Below are positions 38,102 through 50,899 of a stretch of 64,000 bases of DNA, one piece after another. The notes beneath the pieces are model-generated. The model saw only the letters and a program-made list of their open reading frames with translations, ran no database searches and was not told where the DNA came from. The stretch spans positions 1,050,047 through 1,114,046 of the forward strand of contig NW_003314304.1 of the NCBI RefSeq assembly GCF_000143415.4, given 5' to 3'. Origin of the DNA: Selaginella moellendorffii (taxonomy: Eukaryota > Plantae > Lycopodiophyta). The position numbers and the translations under genes are program-made. The first letter of the stretch is position 1. Every line of letters begins with the position of its first letter.

Positions 38102-41100
38102 ATGGCCTTCAGGGTTGGGGAAAAGGTTTACATTTTGAATGGTGGGAAGAGAGTTGCAAAAGGGACCCTTGTGTCTATGGATCGGAACTTTGTTATACAC
38201 TGTCAAAGGCTTGGGGAAGGCAATGCTGCTGTATCAGTAGAGACTGTCTTCGATGGGAATGTGGTCGCTATTGAACGAGGAGAGATGGTCATCGGGGTAA
38301 ATGTTGTTGTTGCCTTAAAAAATCTGCAAAAGAAAGTAGATGTTGGGGACAGCGCAAGTGTGACGCATGTTCCCTCCGTGGATCTTAAGAACCGTGCTAC
38401 ATGGATTCAGGCAAAGGTGTTTCTAAACAACCCCGAGGGGGAGGTGGTAGCTGAGGGCTTAGCCACAGTTGTCGATCCAAGAGATGCAGTTGCTAATCAA
38501 GAATTGGGCTGGGATGATATTGAAGTTGCGATTTTAGAGGTTGTTGACACAGAAGAAAACAGTCTGACTATTGGAAGCATTGTGCGGTGGAAATTGAGGC
38601 ATTTAGTGTTTGAGAATGTGAAGGATTCACAATCAAACACCACTACAACTGATGACAAAACATCTCTTCATGGGAAAAGAAAGTACACCTTCCTAAAGCG
38701 CAGCCAAAGGGATCTGAGCAACAAACCGAAAAGGCAAAAAATGGCGATGGAGGTTTGAATGGTCTCAACAATTGCTTGTTGCAAGAGGAGGTGATGTCAA
38801 CATGCTGATTGGGATGCTATTGAAGAGGAGAGAGCAAGATACAAGACATATTCCTGGAAGGCAGCTCGTAATTTTATGTATGAGGCATTACGGTCATCTG
38901 TTGATGCTTCAGAACATCAGGTGGGGGGCATGGTCTTCCAGAGGGGTTTGGTCTGCATGAAGGCATGGAGAATCATTTATGGAGTCCCTCGAAGCACATT
39001 CTACAGAATCAAAACTGAGTTCGAGGAACAAAGGGTTCAACAGGCAATCCATGGGAACGACGGTATGCACAAAACCAGGGGTCATGTTGTATGGAGAGGC
39101 AATCTTCAAGAGGTTTGTCGAGACATGTAGCGAGCAACAACCACATAAAACCCGCCTCTTGGAAGATGGAACACGAGACACCCAACGAGTTCTCCCTTCC
39201 ATGTATACCAAGGGGGCCATATTGGAAGATGTGAATTGGGAACATCCGAGTAATGGCTACAAGAAGCTGAGCCAATCTAGATTTAGTAGATTGTGGAGCA
39301 ACAAGTTCAGGGATGTGAGTATAGGAAAGTACTCCAGCTTTTCAAAGTGTGACGAGTGCACTGCTATCAAAATGGCTTTGTCGAAGAATTCTTGCAGCAC
39401 TCAAGAGCGAGAGACGTTGGTTAGAAGGCGGCTCGACCACAACATCGAGCAGAGAAGCTGCAGGACTGCATATTATCATAACAGGATTCTCTCCATGGAG
39501 AGACCTGACTCTTACCTCTGCATCATCCACGACAAAATGGACCAGAAAAAGACGTGCTTACCTTGACTCAATCCTGCCCCCAAGGCAATCTCTTCATCCA
39601 TGCAGCTGCCTGTGCCTCTGTTTGGCATAATCGCTCGTGGGCATGGTGCCCAGAACTATGGGAACTTCTTTGTACCTCTATGGGGTGGCGGGGGTGCAAA
39701 CATGATGATTGCGTCCCTAGCAAAACACTTAAGGTCTCTGCAAAGTGTGCAGACTGAGCTGAACGGCCAACCCTTGCATAAGGCCCTTGTCGATTGAACC
39801 CCATACAGGGTTCAGCTGGAGGAGGAGCAAAGGCTTGCAATATCGCGTGGGGCCCCATGCCATCCCGGTGAATATGTTGGCCGTCAGATTGTAGGGTTAT
39901 CACATGAGGCCTCATGCCATTCCGACGAGGCTGGTCGCCCGGTGAATGCACAGCCTCATCCAAACGAAGCAGAATCTCAAGGAAGTTCTTGCGGCCGATG
40001 TGGCCTTCCACCCCATCTTCTGCTCCAAACAGACAATGCTGGCAGTGAGAACAAAAACATGTATGTCTTCGCGTACTTGGCGATGCTTGTTGCCAAAGGC
40101 ATATTTGAAACGGTTACACTTGGCTTTCTCATGGTTGGGCACACTCATGAAGACGTCGATGCCATGTTCAGTCACCTGGCAGAGTCCCTCCGGCGATCCA
40201 ATGTCCTCACCCTCCCACAACTCTACGATGAATTCCAAAATTGCATCAAAGGCACTGTTGAAGCTGCACTTGTGACAGAGGTTCCAGACTTTAAGGGGTT
40301 TGTAAGAGACTACATCAGGGACGGATCCGAAACGCTGATTGGCCACTCCAAGCCTCTTCAGTTTCATTTCAGCATGCGTGACGGTGCTTTAGTGATGAGG
40401 TACAAGATGAGAGAATGGGACACACTGTGGCTGCCAGTGGACGGCATTGAACTCTTCAAGAGAGATCCCATAACTGGGGAACCTATGATTCCTCAGGGTT
40501 CCCCACGGCCGATGCACCCGGATGGACTCAAAGACCAGGAAAGTATAGTGGCTGGGATTAGACAGCATATTGCCTTCTGGAAGAGGGGGTTGGTGTTTGG
40601 TGGAGAATCCTATTTTAAGAGGTGCAAGCCTTTGCTCGAATACTGGGAGAAGATTATATCTGCTATCCAAAATGGGCCGGTTGTATATGAAGAATTGGAA
40701 GAGTCCTTTTGGCCAGAACCCAGAGCACCAGATAGTAGCGGAACAATGTCCTCTGGAAATGCAGTGACAGATAACGATGTTGAGGATTACTATTGTGGGC
40801 CGAGGAACAAGAAGCCGGATTCAGCATTCAATCCAGTACAGGTCTGCAAAGGAATGGTCGTGCTTGTCAGACCCAGTAATAAAAAACAAATGATATGGGT
40901 GGGGTGCTGCATCACTGATGCAGAGGAGGACGCGGAAACTAACTCCTTCAATGTAACTGTGGAGTGGTTCAAGCCAAGTTCCGGATATACGAAGGATTGC
41001 CTAGAAAAGAGATAGGTGCTGAATCCAAAGGATCCCAGCATGAGCATATCTGTGGATAATGTTGTGCATGGTTGGATGTGGAAGCAGAGTGCCACCATCA

Positions 41101-41241
41101 CCTTGCCAGACCATGCAAGAGATGCAGCAAGAGCATTCATAACCCGGGTTCAAGGTGAGATTCATTAATATTCCTTTACTAAGTTTCTAATGTATTTTAT
41201 TTCAAGGTGAACAATCCAAATCTGAATCAGAGGAGGCGTGA
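38102..41241 (+). pseudogene. Transposase, copy 2
   Basis: Same motifs; stops at 38756, ~38793, 39564, 39795, 41013; 2-bp deletion near 39090. Confidence 0.85.
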
Positions 41242-41961
41242 TGGCATGGCGTGATGGCGTGAGGCGTGACACCAAAAAGGAGGTGTCCACTAGCGCTTAG
41301 GCTTATAATGGCGTGTGCCCTCATGCCATTTACTTGATCACCAAATACCTTTTTCCCTTTTGCACTAGTATATCTTAATACCGGTCTGAGAAATAGAATG
41401 GCATGTGCCCTCAGGCCTTTTACTAAATCACCTTTGAAAGAAATGCAAGCCTCTATGTTGTAAAACAAAGGTACTAGATAAATTCCTTAATAATATGAAT
41501 GTTTGACCCTTAGTGTATTTTCATGAAACTAAATAATGAGTTAAATGACTTCTCCAGACTAGCAATGCCTCTTGCTACACCTTCACAATTAGATTCGTTA
41601 GAAAAAGATAACATTGAATAATATTTAAATGTTCTCACCATTAAGTTATATGTCTGGCTAATAGGAATGACATTCATCTTGGAAAGCTCACCACACACTC
41701 AATGAACAAACAAATAGTGTGTGCGCGCATGCCATCACTCTTCTTTAGCTTCAGATTCGGCTTATTCGCCTTGACAATGAGATTTATTATACAACCAGAT
41801 GGACTCAGTCTGGACACAAAGTCACCGCGCTAGTCACCATGCCCCAGATATGTCTAGCCCCTCGACAAAAAACATATAATTTCACGTCATTTTCAAATAC
41901 TTGAAAATTTGTACCTAGTCCCATTTTACTGAATAAATCCCACTTTAACGAAATAGAGCTT

Positions 41962-44900
41962 TTTCCAGGTCTGTACTTGATAACAAAGTCAAACCAACTT
42001 AGGAATTGTGCCCACCTTGCCTGACAACGGCTCAAAACTTGGGAAGTGGCAAAGTACTTGAGATTTTTGTGATCCATCTAGACCATTGTTTGATGGCTTG
42101 CCCCCTCCAAGAAACGACGCCACTCTCCAAAGGAATCCATGATGGCGAGGAGCTCCTTCTCGTGGATTTCGTAATTGATCTCCGCAGGCTGAAATTTCTG
42201 AGAATGGAAAGCGACCGGATGAAATTTTTGATTAGCTCCAAGTTAAGATAGCACAACACCGATGGCAAAGTCGGAGGCGTCAGCCTCGATGAAGAAAAGT
42301 TGTGAGGGATCAGCATGGATCAAGACGGGAGCAGAACTGAAGGCTGCCTTAAGTGTGTCGAAGGCCTGCTGGGCAGTAGCAGACCAAGAGAAGGGAACAT
42401 CCTTGCGAGTGAGATGCGTGAGAAAAAGGACAATGTCAGAGTAGTGATCAATGAATTTGCGGTAGAAGTCAAGAAAAACCTGAATGTCCGACATTGATTG
42501 TGGAGGCTCCCATTCGAGAATAGCCTTGACTTTGGCAGGATCCATTGTGATACCCTCAAGAGTGACAATGTACCCAAGGAACTCCATAGACTCCTGATCG
42601 AAGGAACATTTCTCAAGCTTCGCATATAGGCTATGTTCCCACAGCTTTGCCAACACTTTGCGCACATGCTCGTCGTGCTCCTCTGAGTTTTTGAGTAGAT
42701 GAGGATGTCATCGAGGTAGATGATCACCATCTGATCAAGAAACTCCCGAAAGACGTCATTCGCCATGTGTTGGAAAACTGCTAGAGCATTTGTCAAGCCA
42801 AATGGCATGACAGTGTACTCAAAGTGGCTATAGTAGGTTTGGAACGTAGTCTTCCATTCATCACCAAGCCGGATTCAGATCAAGTTATATGCTCTATGGA
42901 GGTCGATCTTGGTGAAGAAGAGGGCACCGCCGAGGCATTCCAATAGGTCCGAGATTAGGGGTAGCAGATAACAGTTCCAAACAGTCACTTTGTTCAAACC
43001 TCGGTAGTTGATGACTAGCTGCAAACTCCCATCCTTCTTCTTGACAAAGAAGATAGGTGCTCCAGCCAGAGACTGTGAATGCTGAATGTACCCCGAAGCA
43101 AGGTTCTCCTCCACGTACTCTTTGAGGGCCTTAAGCTCGGACGGGGATAACCCGTAGATAGGCCCCCACGGAGGTGACGCTCCTTATAAATCAATGGGAC
43201 AGTCATAAGACTGATGAACAGGTAGTACACTAGCTTTTTTCTTGTCAAACACTCCCCAAAATCATGATACTTCTCAAGAAGACTGACAAGAGAAACATGC
43301 AAAGCAAAAAGGAAAATAGGTTCTTCATGAAAGAGTTCTTTCATAGTGATTGTGGAGATAGGAGGAGGCATAAGACTAAATGGAATGATGAGACGAGGAT
43401 ACTGTCCAGTGTAAGATGGAAGAGAGGAAAAAGAAGAGGGTGAAAACTTCGTAGAGTTAGGAACAGAACCCCGATTTGAGTTTAGGGAATTTTTCCTGAT
43501 TCGGACTCAATGAACAACAGGGGAAGCCATGGGAGATGGTGATGTGGGAGAGACGAGCTGTAACTCCTTCCAACAAATCTGAGGCTAATGTAGTTGAAAC
43601 CAAGGAAAGCCGAGCACCATAGAGGAGGACTTGCTGCTGATGATGTTGAAGGCGATATCGGTGATGGTGGACCCGATGTGTACTTGAACAGGCAACGTTT
43701 CCCTAAGTCCAGAAGATGGAGATACAAAATGCCCACTGATGCCTTCAACCCTCAAATCCCGTATGGTTAGAGAAAGAGGAATGTGATATCGAGCAGCAAA
43801 GTCCGCATCCGAGTCCAGTAGCACCAAAGCTTTGAGTCCTAATTGCCCAGTGAAAGAAAGGAGACATGGGACGTGGAAGTTGCGGGAATTGGTGGTGGCT
43901 TTGATGAAAGGCGGTGAGGAGCTTGATAAAGAAGAAAAGTGATTTTTATTCAAGGAGTCCAAACAGACAGCTCCTACTCTATTTGGACAGGGTCGTTTCC
44001 CGACTGCAACAAAGGTGGACTTTGAGGCAGAGTGAACTCAAGCAATCGGGGAGGCTTCTTGGGACACACAACTGCTTTGTGATTAGGATCAGCACAGTAG
44101 AAGCAAAGATTATGAGATATCCGACGTTGCTTCTTAGCAGGACTCAACTTCCCTCTGATGAGTCAGGGAGTACAAGAAATATCCATCGGGACCGGAGCAA
44201 TAGATTCAGGAGTATGCCCCGAAGACTCAAGCTGGGATTCCTGAGTCTGAGATGGGAAAACAGCGACGCGGCAACTTTCCTGATGACATTCAAAGAGACC
44301 ATTGTTTCATCGAACAGCTTTATTGATGGCGTCCGACAGGTCCGTGGGATCCTCCATGGTGAGCAACAAATCCTTAACACCGTTGTTAAGGCTGAAACAA
44401 AATTGATCAATCAGGGCCCGCTCATCCCACTGAGTGTCCAAAGCAAGAAGTTGGAACTCTACAGCATAGATCGAGGCAGGATGAGACCCTTGAGAGAGAC
44501 ATCTCATCTTTGTGGTGGCAGCCCGAACCCGATTTGTCTCGCCAAAACATGCTTTAAGCTTCTCTTTGAACAATTGAATTTCCATCAGCTTCAGAACTAC
44601 GACCCCTTTTATGCTCTTCTCCAAAAGAGGAGAAAACCATGACAAAGCTTCGAGCAACATCCCAATCGCTCCGATTTGAGACTCAAGAGTGGGGTACTGC
44701 TGATGTTGAAGTGCGAAGATCAGCTACATCTGGTTTAGGAATCTACAAAGCTTCGAACGCTTGCCTAAAAATTTCACCGGGAAACTCACCTTTGGTTGAG
44801 GAACTTTGCTGGATCCTTGAGCCAAAAGTGAAGCAAGCTCCTACTACATGTGAAGAAGGGTTGCCTTCAACTCGGTATTCTTAGATTGGATTTTTGCAAA
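41962..44900 (-). pseudogene. gag-protease-RT-RNaseH of the chromovirus
   Basis: Gag YAVEFQLLA..W, protease VLLDS, RT APIFFVKKKDGSL and FTKIDL; frameshifted. Confidence 0.9.
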
Positions 44901-45755
44901 GACTTTGGCAAAGAAATTAGAATGGCTTGGAGACTCCATCGGCAAAGAAGAAAGAAAAAAGGGGGAAAAAAGGCAAAGGCAGTTAAACAATCAAAACGAG
45001 CTAAAGCAAAAAACGAAAAAACCACAATTTGAATCAAATTGTCAAGACCCCCAACAAGATCAAGACTGGAAAATGCAGAAGACAAAGAGAAAAGCTAGTG
45101 GAAACAAAAAAGAGGCCTTTGACTGGCATTGATTCAAATTGTGGAGAAATGAAACAAGGCTAACCTATATATACTATAGGTTGATGAAGCTCCACCACTC
45201 TTAGATCGAGGATGACTTAAATATAGCTGAGGTCGAGGAAGTGCCACATCATCATCATGAATGTGGCTCGAGACTTAGGGATCGTATGGGACATCAAAGA
45301 GTCAGGAATAGGGAAGTGTCTCGAGAGTCAGGAATATGGTGTGCATGTCAGAAATCCAGTGAGAGTCAAGAATGTGGCAAGAATTAGAGGATTCCTGACA
45401 AATCTCAATATCGTGAGGGCTCTTGTCAAGCTAATATAAGACAAAGCAAAAGAAAACTAACAAACCGGGCCAAATATGCTTAACTAAATAGACACTTAGG
45501 AATCCTTCCCTATGCTCATCCGGCCAAGTATAGATGCTAAATTAAATTTACTAACACTTGAATACAAGGGGCTGATAAAGGGTCCAGCAATACTGACCTT
45601 TTGCCATTATGGTAGTAAGGAAAGAATATCCGAAAGAACTAACCAACAAGTAACTTTGTTACCCACAATCATATTCACGATAACACTCAACTCAACACTA
45701 AACTTATAATGAGAATCGTAAGAGTTAGAGCTTATCAATGTGATAGAAGAAGGAA

Positions 45756-45761
<6 letters not shown>

Positions 45762-45790
<29 letters not shown>
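45762..45790. repeat. (AT)n microsatellite
   Basis: Directly visible. Confidence 0.95.
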
Positions 45791-45797
<7 letters not shown>

Positions 45798-46410
45798 GAT
45801 AAAAGGGATTAGACTAAGAAATAAAAAAAAGTTTCTAAATAAATAAAAAAAAAGCACAATCTCAAAAATTAGAGTAAAGCATTGCCAATAAAGGTTTACC
45901 TTTCACCTCCACCAATATGAGTGCTCAAGCTATAGGGGTTTAAACCCTTATTTATATATAAAAATGGAAGGATCAATTCATATGCTAGAGTATTATACCA
46001 TATAGGGTAATATATGTATGTATATACATGTATTTACAGATATTATTATTTTATTTTATTTTATTTTATCTTAATTAGACAAAACAGAGTTTAACTTATA
46101 CATTTTATTTTTTATATAAATATAGCTATTTTAGATATATTTATAATGAATTTTTAAAATATAATTTATTTATCATTTTTTAATTTCTATAAATTATACC
46201 ACTATATTTGAAAATATTTATTATAACCACCCTTTAGAACTATGATTATTTATATTATTTATATCTTTTAAGTTTTTTTTATAACATAGGATAACATTAT
46301 TATAATAGTAAGAGTTCTTGGAAGTTTTAACTTTAGATATTGAAATAGGAATAAAAATTTATAATAAGACTTACTAAATAAATTTTATCAAAGAAAATAA
46401 AACTAAAAAT

Positions 46411-47346
46411 TTAACCATTAGTTATAGCATCCCATAAAACATAAGGTTTGCCATTATCTAAATTATAACCATATAAAACAAGATTACCATAACTTTCAAG
46501 TATAAGTTTAGAATTAGTTATACAATGAGGCTGGGGCTGACAATAAATATTAAGTGCCCAAATAGGACTATCCATGGCATTTTTTATTACAAGATTGCCA
46601 TCTAACTGAAAATGTAAATAGCAAATTGTACCTTCATTCATAGTATTACTTGCCCATGTTGCCTTGTTATATTTCATATTATAGAGGACAAGATTGCAAT
46701 CCATTTGCATAACAAATAAATACTGATTTACTATTAATGAACCTCTAGGTGGTAAAATAGAACCTTTAACTTTTGGACCATTTACCAGATAAGCACTACA
46801 TGTATTTTGGCTTCTTATAGCTTGATCTATAAAATCATGAAGCTCTTCATGTTTGTTGGTATTAATTAGCTTGTATTCTATAAATATAGGTCCTAAATAT
46901 GCTTCTAGGCTTGTGTATCCATTTTTCAAAACTTCATTTAACAGGGCTAAACGAATACTCCCTAAAGATTTAATTATAAAAGATTGTTTCAAAACTTGCT
47001 GATTTGAAATGGTACATTTGCCAATCCACATTCGTACAATAAGCTTATATGGTTCCAAATTGACAATTTTACCCCCAAGATTTATATTATACATCAGACT
47101 TACATTTGATCCTGCCTTAGCCATTTTCTTACCAAATTCATGAATTAAAGTTGCAATAGTAAATCCCAATAAATCATGTGCAATAGATATTGGAAATTCT
47201 TTTTCTCCATCAAAATTTCTAAAGACAATAAGGTCATTTTCATGAATACTAAAGCTTGTATTTAGATATTGTGCATTTTCAGCATTACTTCTGGTGTGGA
47301 GGAAAAATATTACAAACATAACACACAAAGAGAATTTAACACCCAT
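46411..47346 (-). CDS. Secreted protein: unrecognised N-terminal domain plus C-terminal bulb-type (GNA-like) mannose-binding lectin
   Basis: Intact intronless 311-aa ORF; hydrophobic signal peptide; QxDxNxVxY-type sites MQMDCNLVLY, FQLDGNLVIK, LESYGNLVLY; WASNT motif. Confidence 0.88.
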   Translation of the reverse strand: MGVKFSLCVMFVIFFLHTRSNAENAQYLNTSFSIHENDLIVFRNFDGEKEFPISIAHDLLGFTIATLIHEFGKKMAKAGSNVSLMYNINLGGKIVNLEPYKLIVRMWIGKCTISNQQVLKQSFIIKSLGSIRLALLNEVLKNGYTSLEAYLGPIFIEYKLINTNKHEELHDFIDQAIRSQNTCSAYLVNGPKVKGSILPPRGSLIVNQYLFVMQMDCNLVLYNMKYNKATWASNTMNEGTICYLHFQLDGNLVIKNAMDSPIWALNIYCQPQPHCITNSKLILESYGNLVLYGYNLDNGKPYVLWDAITNG

Positions 47347-47829
47347 ATACGAAAACTGGTAACATTTTTCCCAGAGGATGAAAAGTACTATATAGTTTTT
47401 TAGATTTTACACTAAGACAAGATAAACCAGTGGCATATAGAGAGCAGTTTGTCTTTTCATGATTTGCTGTGAGCTCGATAGCTTTCATTTTTAAAAGACG
47501 AAGAATCGCGTGCCTCACTTGGGTGCTGCAAGACCCTCCAAAAACTAAGGCCACTTTGTTGCCAAAAAAAAAAAAGATTTGCCAGTTCCTCAAACGCCAA
47601 GATTACCTATGGATGTATCACCCAAGGCGTGTAAAGCAGTAGTAAGCATACACCCACATTTGCTTCTCGCTGAAAGAAAAACTCACAAACGACAATAGCA
47701 GAGTGGACTAAAAGAGCCAACAGTTTACACAAATTATCTGTGGAACGTCCAAGGAAACCATCGAGCAGGCCAAGTACCTTTCAAGAGAATTAAGTGACAA
47801 CTCAAACCTAGATTTCAAGAAAGCTACCT

Positions 47830-48470
47830 CCATTGTCTCCAGTATTGCCACAAAGTTAATGTTGAGTTCCTGCAATTGTCACAAAGTTCACAGCCAATAT
47901 TCTTTCAGTAAAGATCACGGACAACGTTAGGCAAGTAGAGAATCCACCAGGGAAAAAAGATGAAAAAATAAACCTGAAAGGATGAAAGGAGACATACCTC
48001 TGAATAAATCCTTGATAACAGTTGCTTGAGAAGCAAGAGCGTATCTTCGTCATCATCGTCGACGATTCCCTTCACTTCGGCGATTTTCCTCGCACCGCTT
48101 AGAATTTGGCCTCCATCGAAGAGCTCTTTCCCAGCTAGCAAGCGATCACGGACCTCGACGGTGGATATCACCACTTCCGAAGCCACCCTCAGCTCTATCC
48201 TGTTCCCCTTCACCTCCGCCGAGAGCTTCCACAGCTTGGGATCGAAGGAAGTAGCCCCGATCCGGAGCGACGAATCGTCCACATCCAATGCAGCGGTGCT
48301 AGCGCGATGAGCGAGCTCTGTAATCTCTCTGTAGCGCCTCTTCATGGTCTCGAAGACGCGATCCTTCATTTCCTCTCACCTGCATTCTCTCCGCTCTGGA
48401 GATCCATTGTCTTGGCATGAGCGTAGTCGATGCCCGAGCTCCTCCATTTCTTCCCTGTATTTGGACCTTT
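47830..48470 (-). CDS. Unidentified GC-richer, probably spliced gene or gene fragment
   Basis: Protein-like ~125-aa stretch ending at donor GAG|GTATGT near 47997; candidate small exon ELNINFVAILETME; family not recognised. Confidence 0.35.
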
Positions 48471-48694
48471 TGCATCCTTGGGGACAGGGCATCGAGCCCG
48501 TGACGTTTCGGTGGAATGAAAACATAGATTGCGAAGAATCGATGGATGGAGCGGCGAGCGTAGAGAGGCACAGAAAAACACAAGGATCAGTGAATGATCT
48601 AATCTCTACAAGATAAAGAAAAGAAAGAAGCCATAGCTCCAGTTACCCGGCTTAGATATAATGTAGTTAGTTAGTTAACATTTCTGAAAGTATT

Positions 48695-49618
48695 TCAGCC
48701 ATTAGTAATAGCATCCCATGCCACATAAGATGCGCCATTGCTCAATTGATAACCATAGAGTACCAGATTACCATATCCTTCAAGAATGAGCTTTGCGTTA
48801 ACTATGCAATGAGGTTGTGGCTGGCAGTAGAGATTGAGTGCCCAAATTGGAGTATTACTGATGTCTTTGATTACTAAATTGCCATCTAGTTGAAAATGTA
48901 AATAGCAACTTTTACCTTTGTTTATAGTGTTGCTAGCCCAATTTATTTCTCTTTTATTATATAAAACAAAGTTGCAATCAAATTGCATAATAGCAGTAAA
49001 TTCTTTGGCCGATAAAAATTCTCCAGGTGCTAGTGTAGAACCTTTAACTTTTGGACCATTAATTAAGGAGCTTCTAAAAGTGTTACATATGCCATGATTA
49101 CCTTCAAAATAAAAGGGTAACTTGGATTGTGAAAGTTCATCATGTCTATTTAAATCAATTGTTTTGTATTCTATATATATAGGCCCAACATATGCTTCCA
49201 AACTTTTCCATCCATTGTTTAAGACTTCATTTAAAAGTTTTGAACTGATGTCACCTAAAGCTCTTATTATAAATACTTGCTTTAAGTCACGGTTATCATC
49301 AATAGTACATTTACCAATCCACATTCGGACAATAATTTTATAAGAAGATATATTGATTACTTTACCACCAAGGTTAATATTATAGTTAAGAATTACATCT
49401 GGTCCAAGAATTGCCATTTTCTTACCAAACTCATGAATCAAGTCAGCAATAGCTGATTTTAGCAAGGTGTATGCAATAGAATTTGGAAATTGATTTATTC
49501 CATCATAATTTCGAAATTTAATAGTTCCAATACCCAAAGGGTAATTAACTTCATTAAATGCAAATGTAGTGGTGTAAATTACAAACAAAATAAATAAAGT
49601 ATAAAGTTTAAAATCCAT
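48695..49618 (-). CDS. Paralogous secreted N-domain plus bulb-type lectin
   Basis: ATG at 49618 (MDFKLYTLFILF, signal-peptide-like); MQFDCNFVLY, FQLDGNLVIK; colinear with 46411-47346 to the shared WDAITNG end. Confidence 0.88.
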   Translation of the reverse strand: MDFKLYTLFILFVIYTTTFAFNEVNYPLGIGTIKFRNYDGINQFPNSIAYTLLKSAIADLIHEFGKKMAILGPDVILNYNINLGGKVINISSYKIIVRMWIGKCTIDDNRDLKQVFIIRALGDISSKLLNEVLNNGWKSLEAYVGPIYIEYKTIDLNRHDELSQSKLPFYFEGNHGICNTFRSSLINGPKVKGSTLAPGEFLSAKEFTAIMQFDCNFVLYNKREINWASNTINKGKSCYLHFQLDGNLVIKDISNTPIWALNLYCQPQPHCIVNAKLILEGYGNLVLYGYQLSNGASYVAWDAITNG

Positions 49619-50899
49619 TAAAAATATCCAAAACAAAACATATATATATAGATATAGATATACATATATATAAAACAAGAAAATGTATAGAAATTAATAT
49701 AGTCGACTATTACTTCTTATCTCTATCAATAAGAAAACAGCCAAAACAGCCAAAATAATAGTAAATAAAATTAAAATACATTTCTCTATAAAATATAAAG
49801 TTCATAAATTGACATTTTAGATATATAATAAAACATACATTAAATAAATATGAAAGTATTACGTTTATTTAGGAGCATGACATTGATAAAATATTTATCA
49901 CCATTTTTTAATCATAGTGATAAGCTTATAATATAATATTAATATTAAATCATATATATCTAGATTATGGTCTAAACCAGATTTAATTCTAATTTAGCAT
50001 CAATTCCAAATATGACAGGTTTGATAATTCTTTCTACATTCAACTTTGAGTCTTGAGATAATATAGAGTCATTAAGATTTTTGTATAACAATAAGACCCT
50101 TAGTCTCAACTCAATAGAGCTAATTGACTTGCTGAGCATCGAATCAGTTGTAACATTTATGTTTCTCTCCATATTTTAAAAACAAACACAAATATAATAC
50201 ATCATAATTCTGAAAAAATTCTTACTATTTTTATTTCTCATATAACTTTAATATTTTAAGTATTAGAATAGAGGCTTATATATGGTACAAAAATATGGTT
50301 TTGGGGAGGTGTCAGAAAATTCAAGACACACGTATGTTTTGAAATGTTTAAACACTCATAAAATAATATTTGAAAGCCATGTATGCCATGCATAAACTCT
50401 CAATCCATGTTAGTTTATATCTTTGTATTTTGTCTTTTAATTTTTACTTTTTGCTCTAGATTGCAATACGAGGGATTGGGAATAATCATTGCTATGCAAG
50501 CACTTGATAATGGATCCACTATACTTCTTCTTTATTTTTTGTGTACACTAAACTAGGGTTATGTTTTGTTAAATGGGCACTCCCTACTATTAAATTGAAC
50601 AATAAAAAGTATTTTTTATTGTCTTGTTGTTAAAAAAAGGTATTACTCTAATAGCATAATCAGATGCATGGACTTGGATCATAAAATCTTTACTCCAGTT
50701 TGTTGGGAAAAAATTAATACTTTAGTAAGTGATTCTTTGAGCATGTCAAAAGTGAGTTGACAGACTTGAGTCCACTTGTATAATTGATATTACTTAAGAA
50801 ACTTGGTGAGACAATCTTTAATTAATCCTCTCTTTATAATAGCCTATTTTACCTAAGAAACTTTATAGTTTTATGAGTTCAATGGGTGGTTATATGTTG

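Larger units (their letters stand above)
29537..41961. mobile_element. Sola-like TIR DNA transposon, copy 2 (inverted relative to copy 1)
   Basis: Same TIRs; flanks TTTT/TTTC; removing the element and one flank restores the pol frame YRPGKIQG, consistent with TSD TTTC plus one C>T. Confidence 0.92.
27462..45400 (-). mobile_element. Full-length decayed Ty3/gypsy chromovirus (Tf1/Tcn1-like), interrupted by transposon copy 2
   Basis: 361-bp LTRs 27462-27822 and 45040-45400; 5-bp TSD AATCT; PPT beside 27823; RT ([17 protein letters not shown]), RNaseH (EADASDFAIG), integrase, chromodomain (VDWKGY). Confidence 0.93.
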
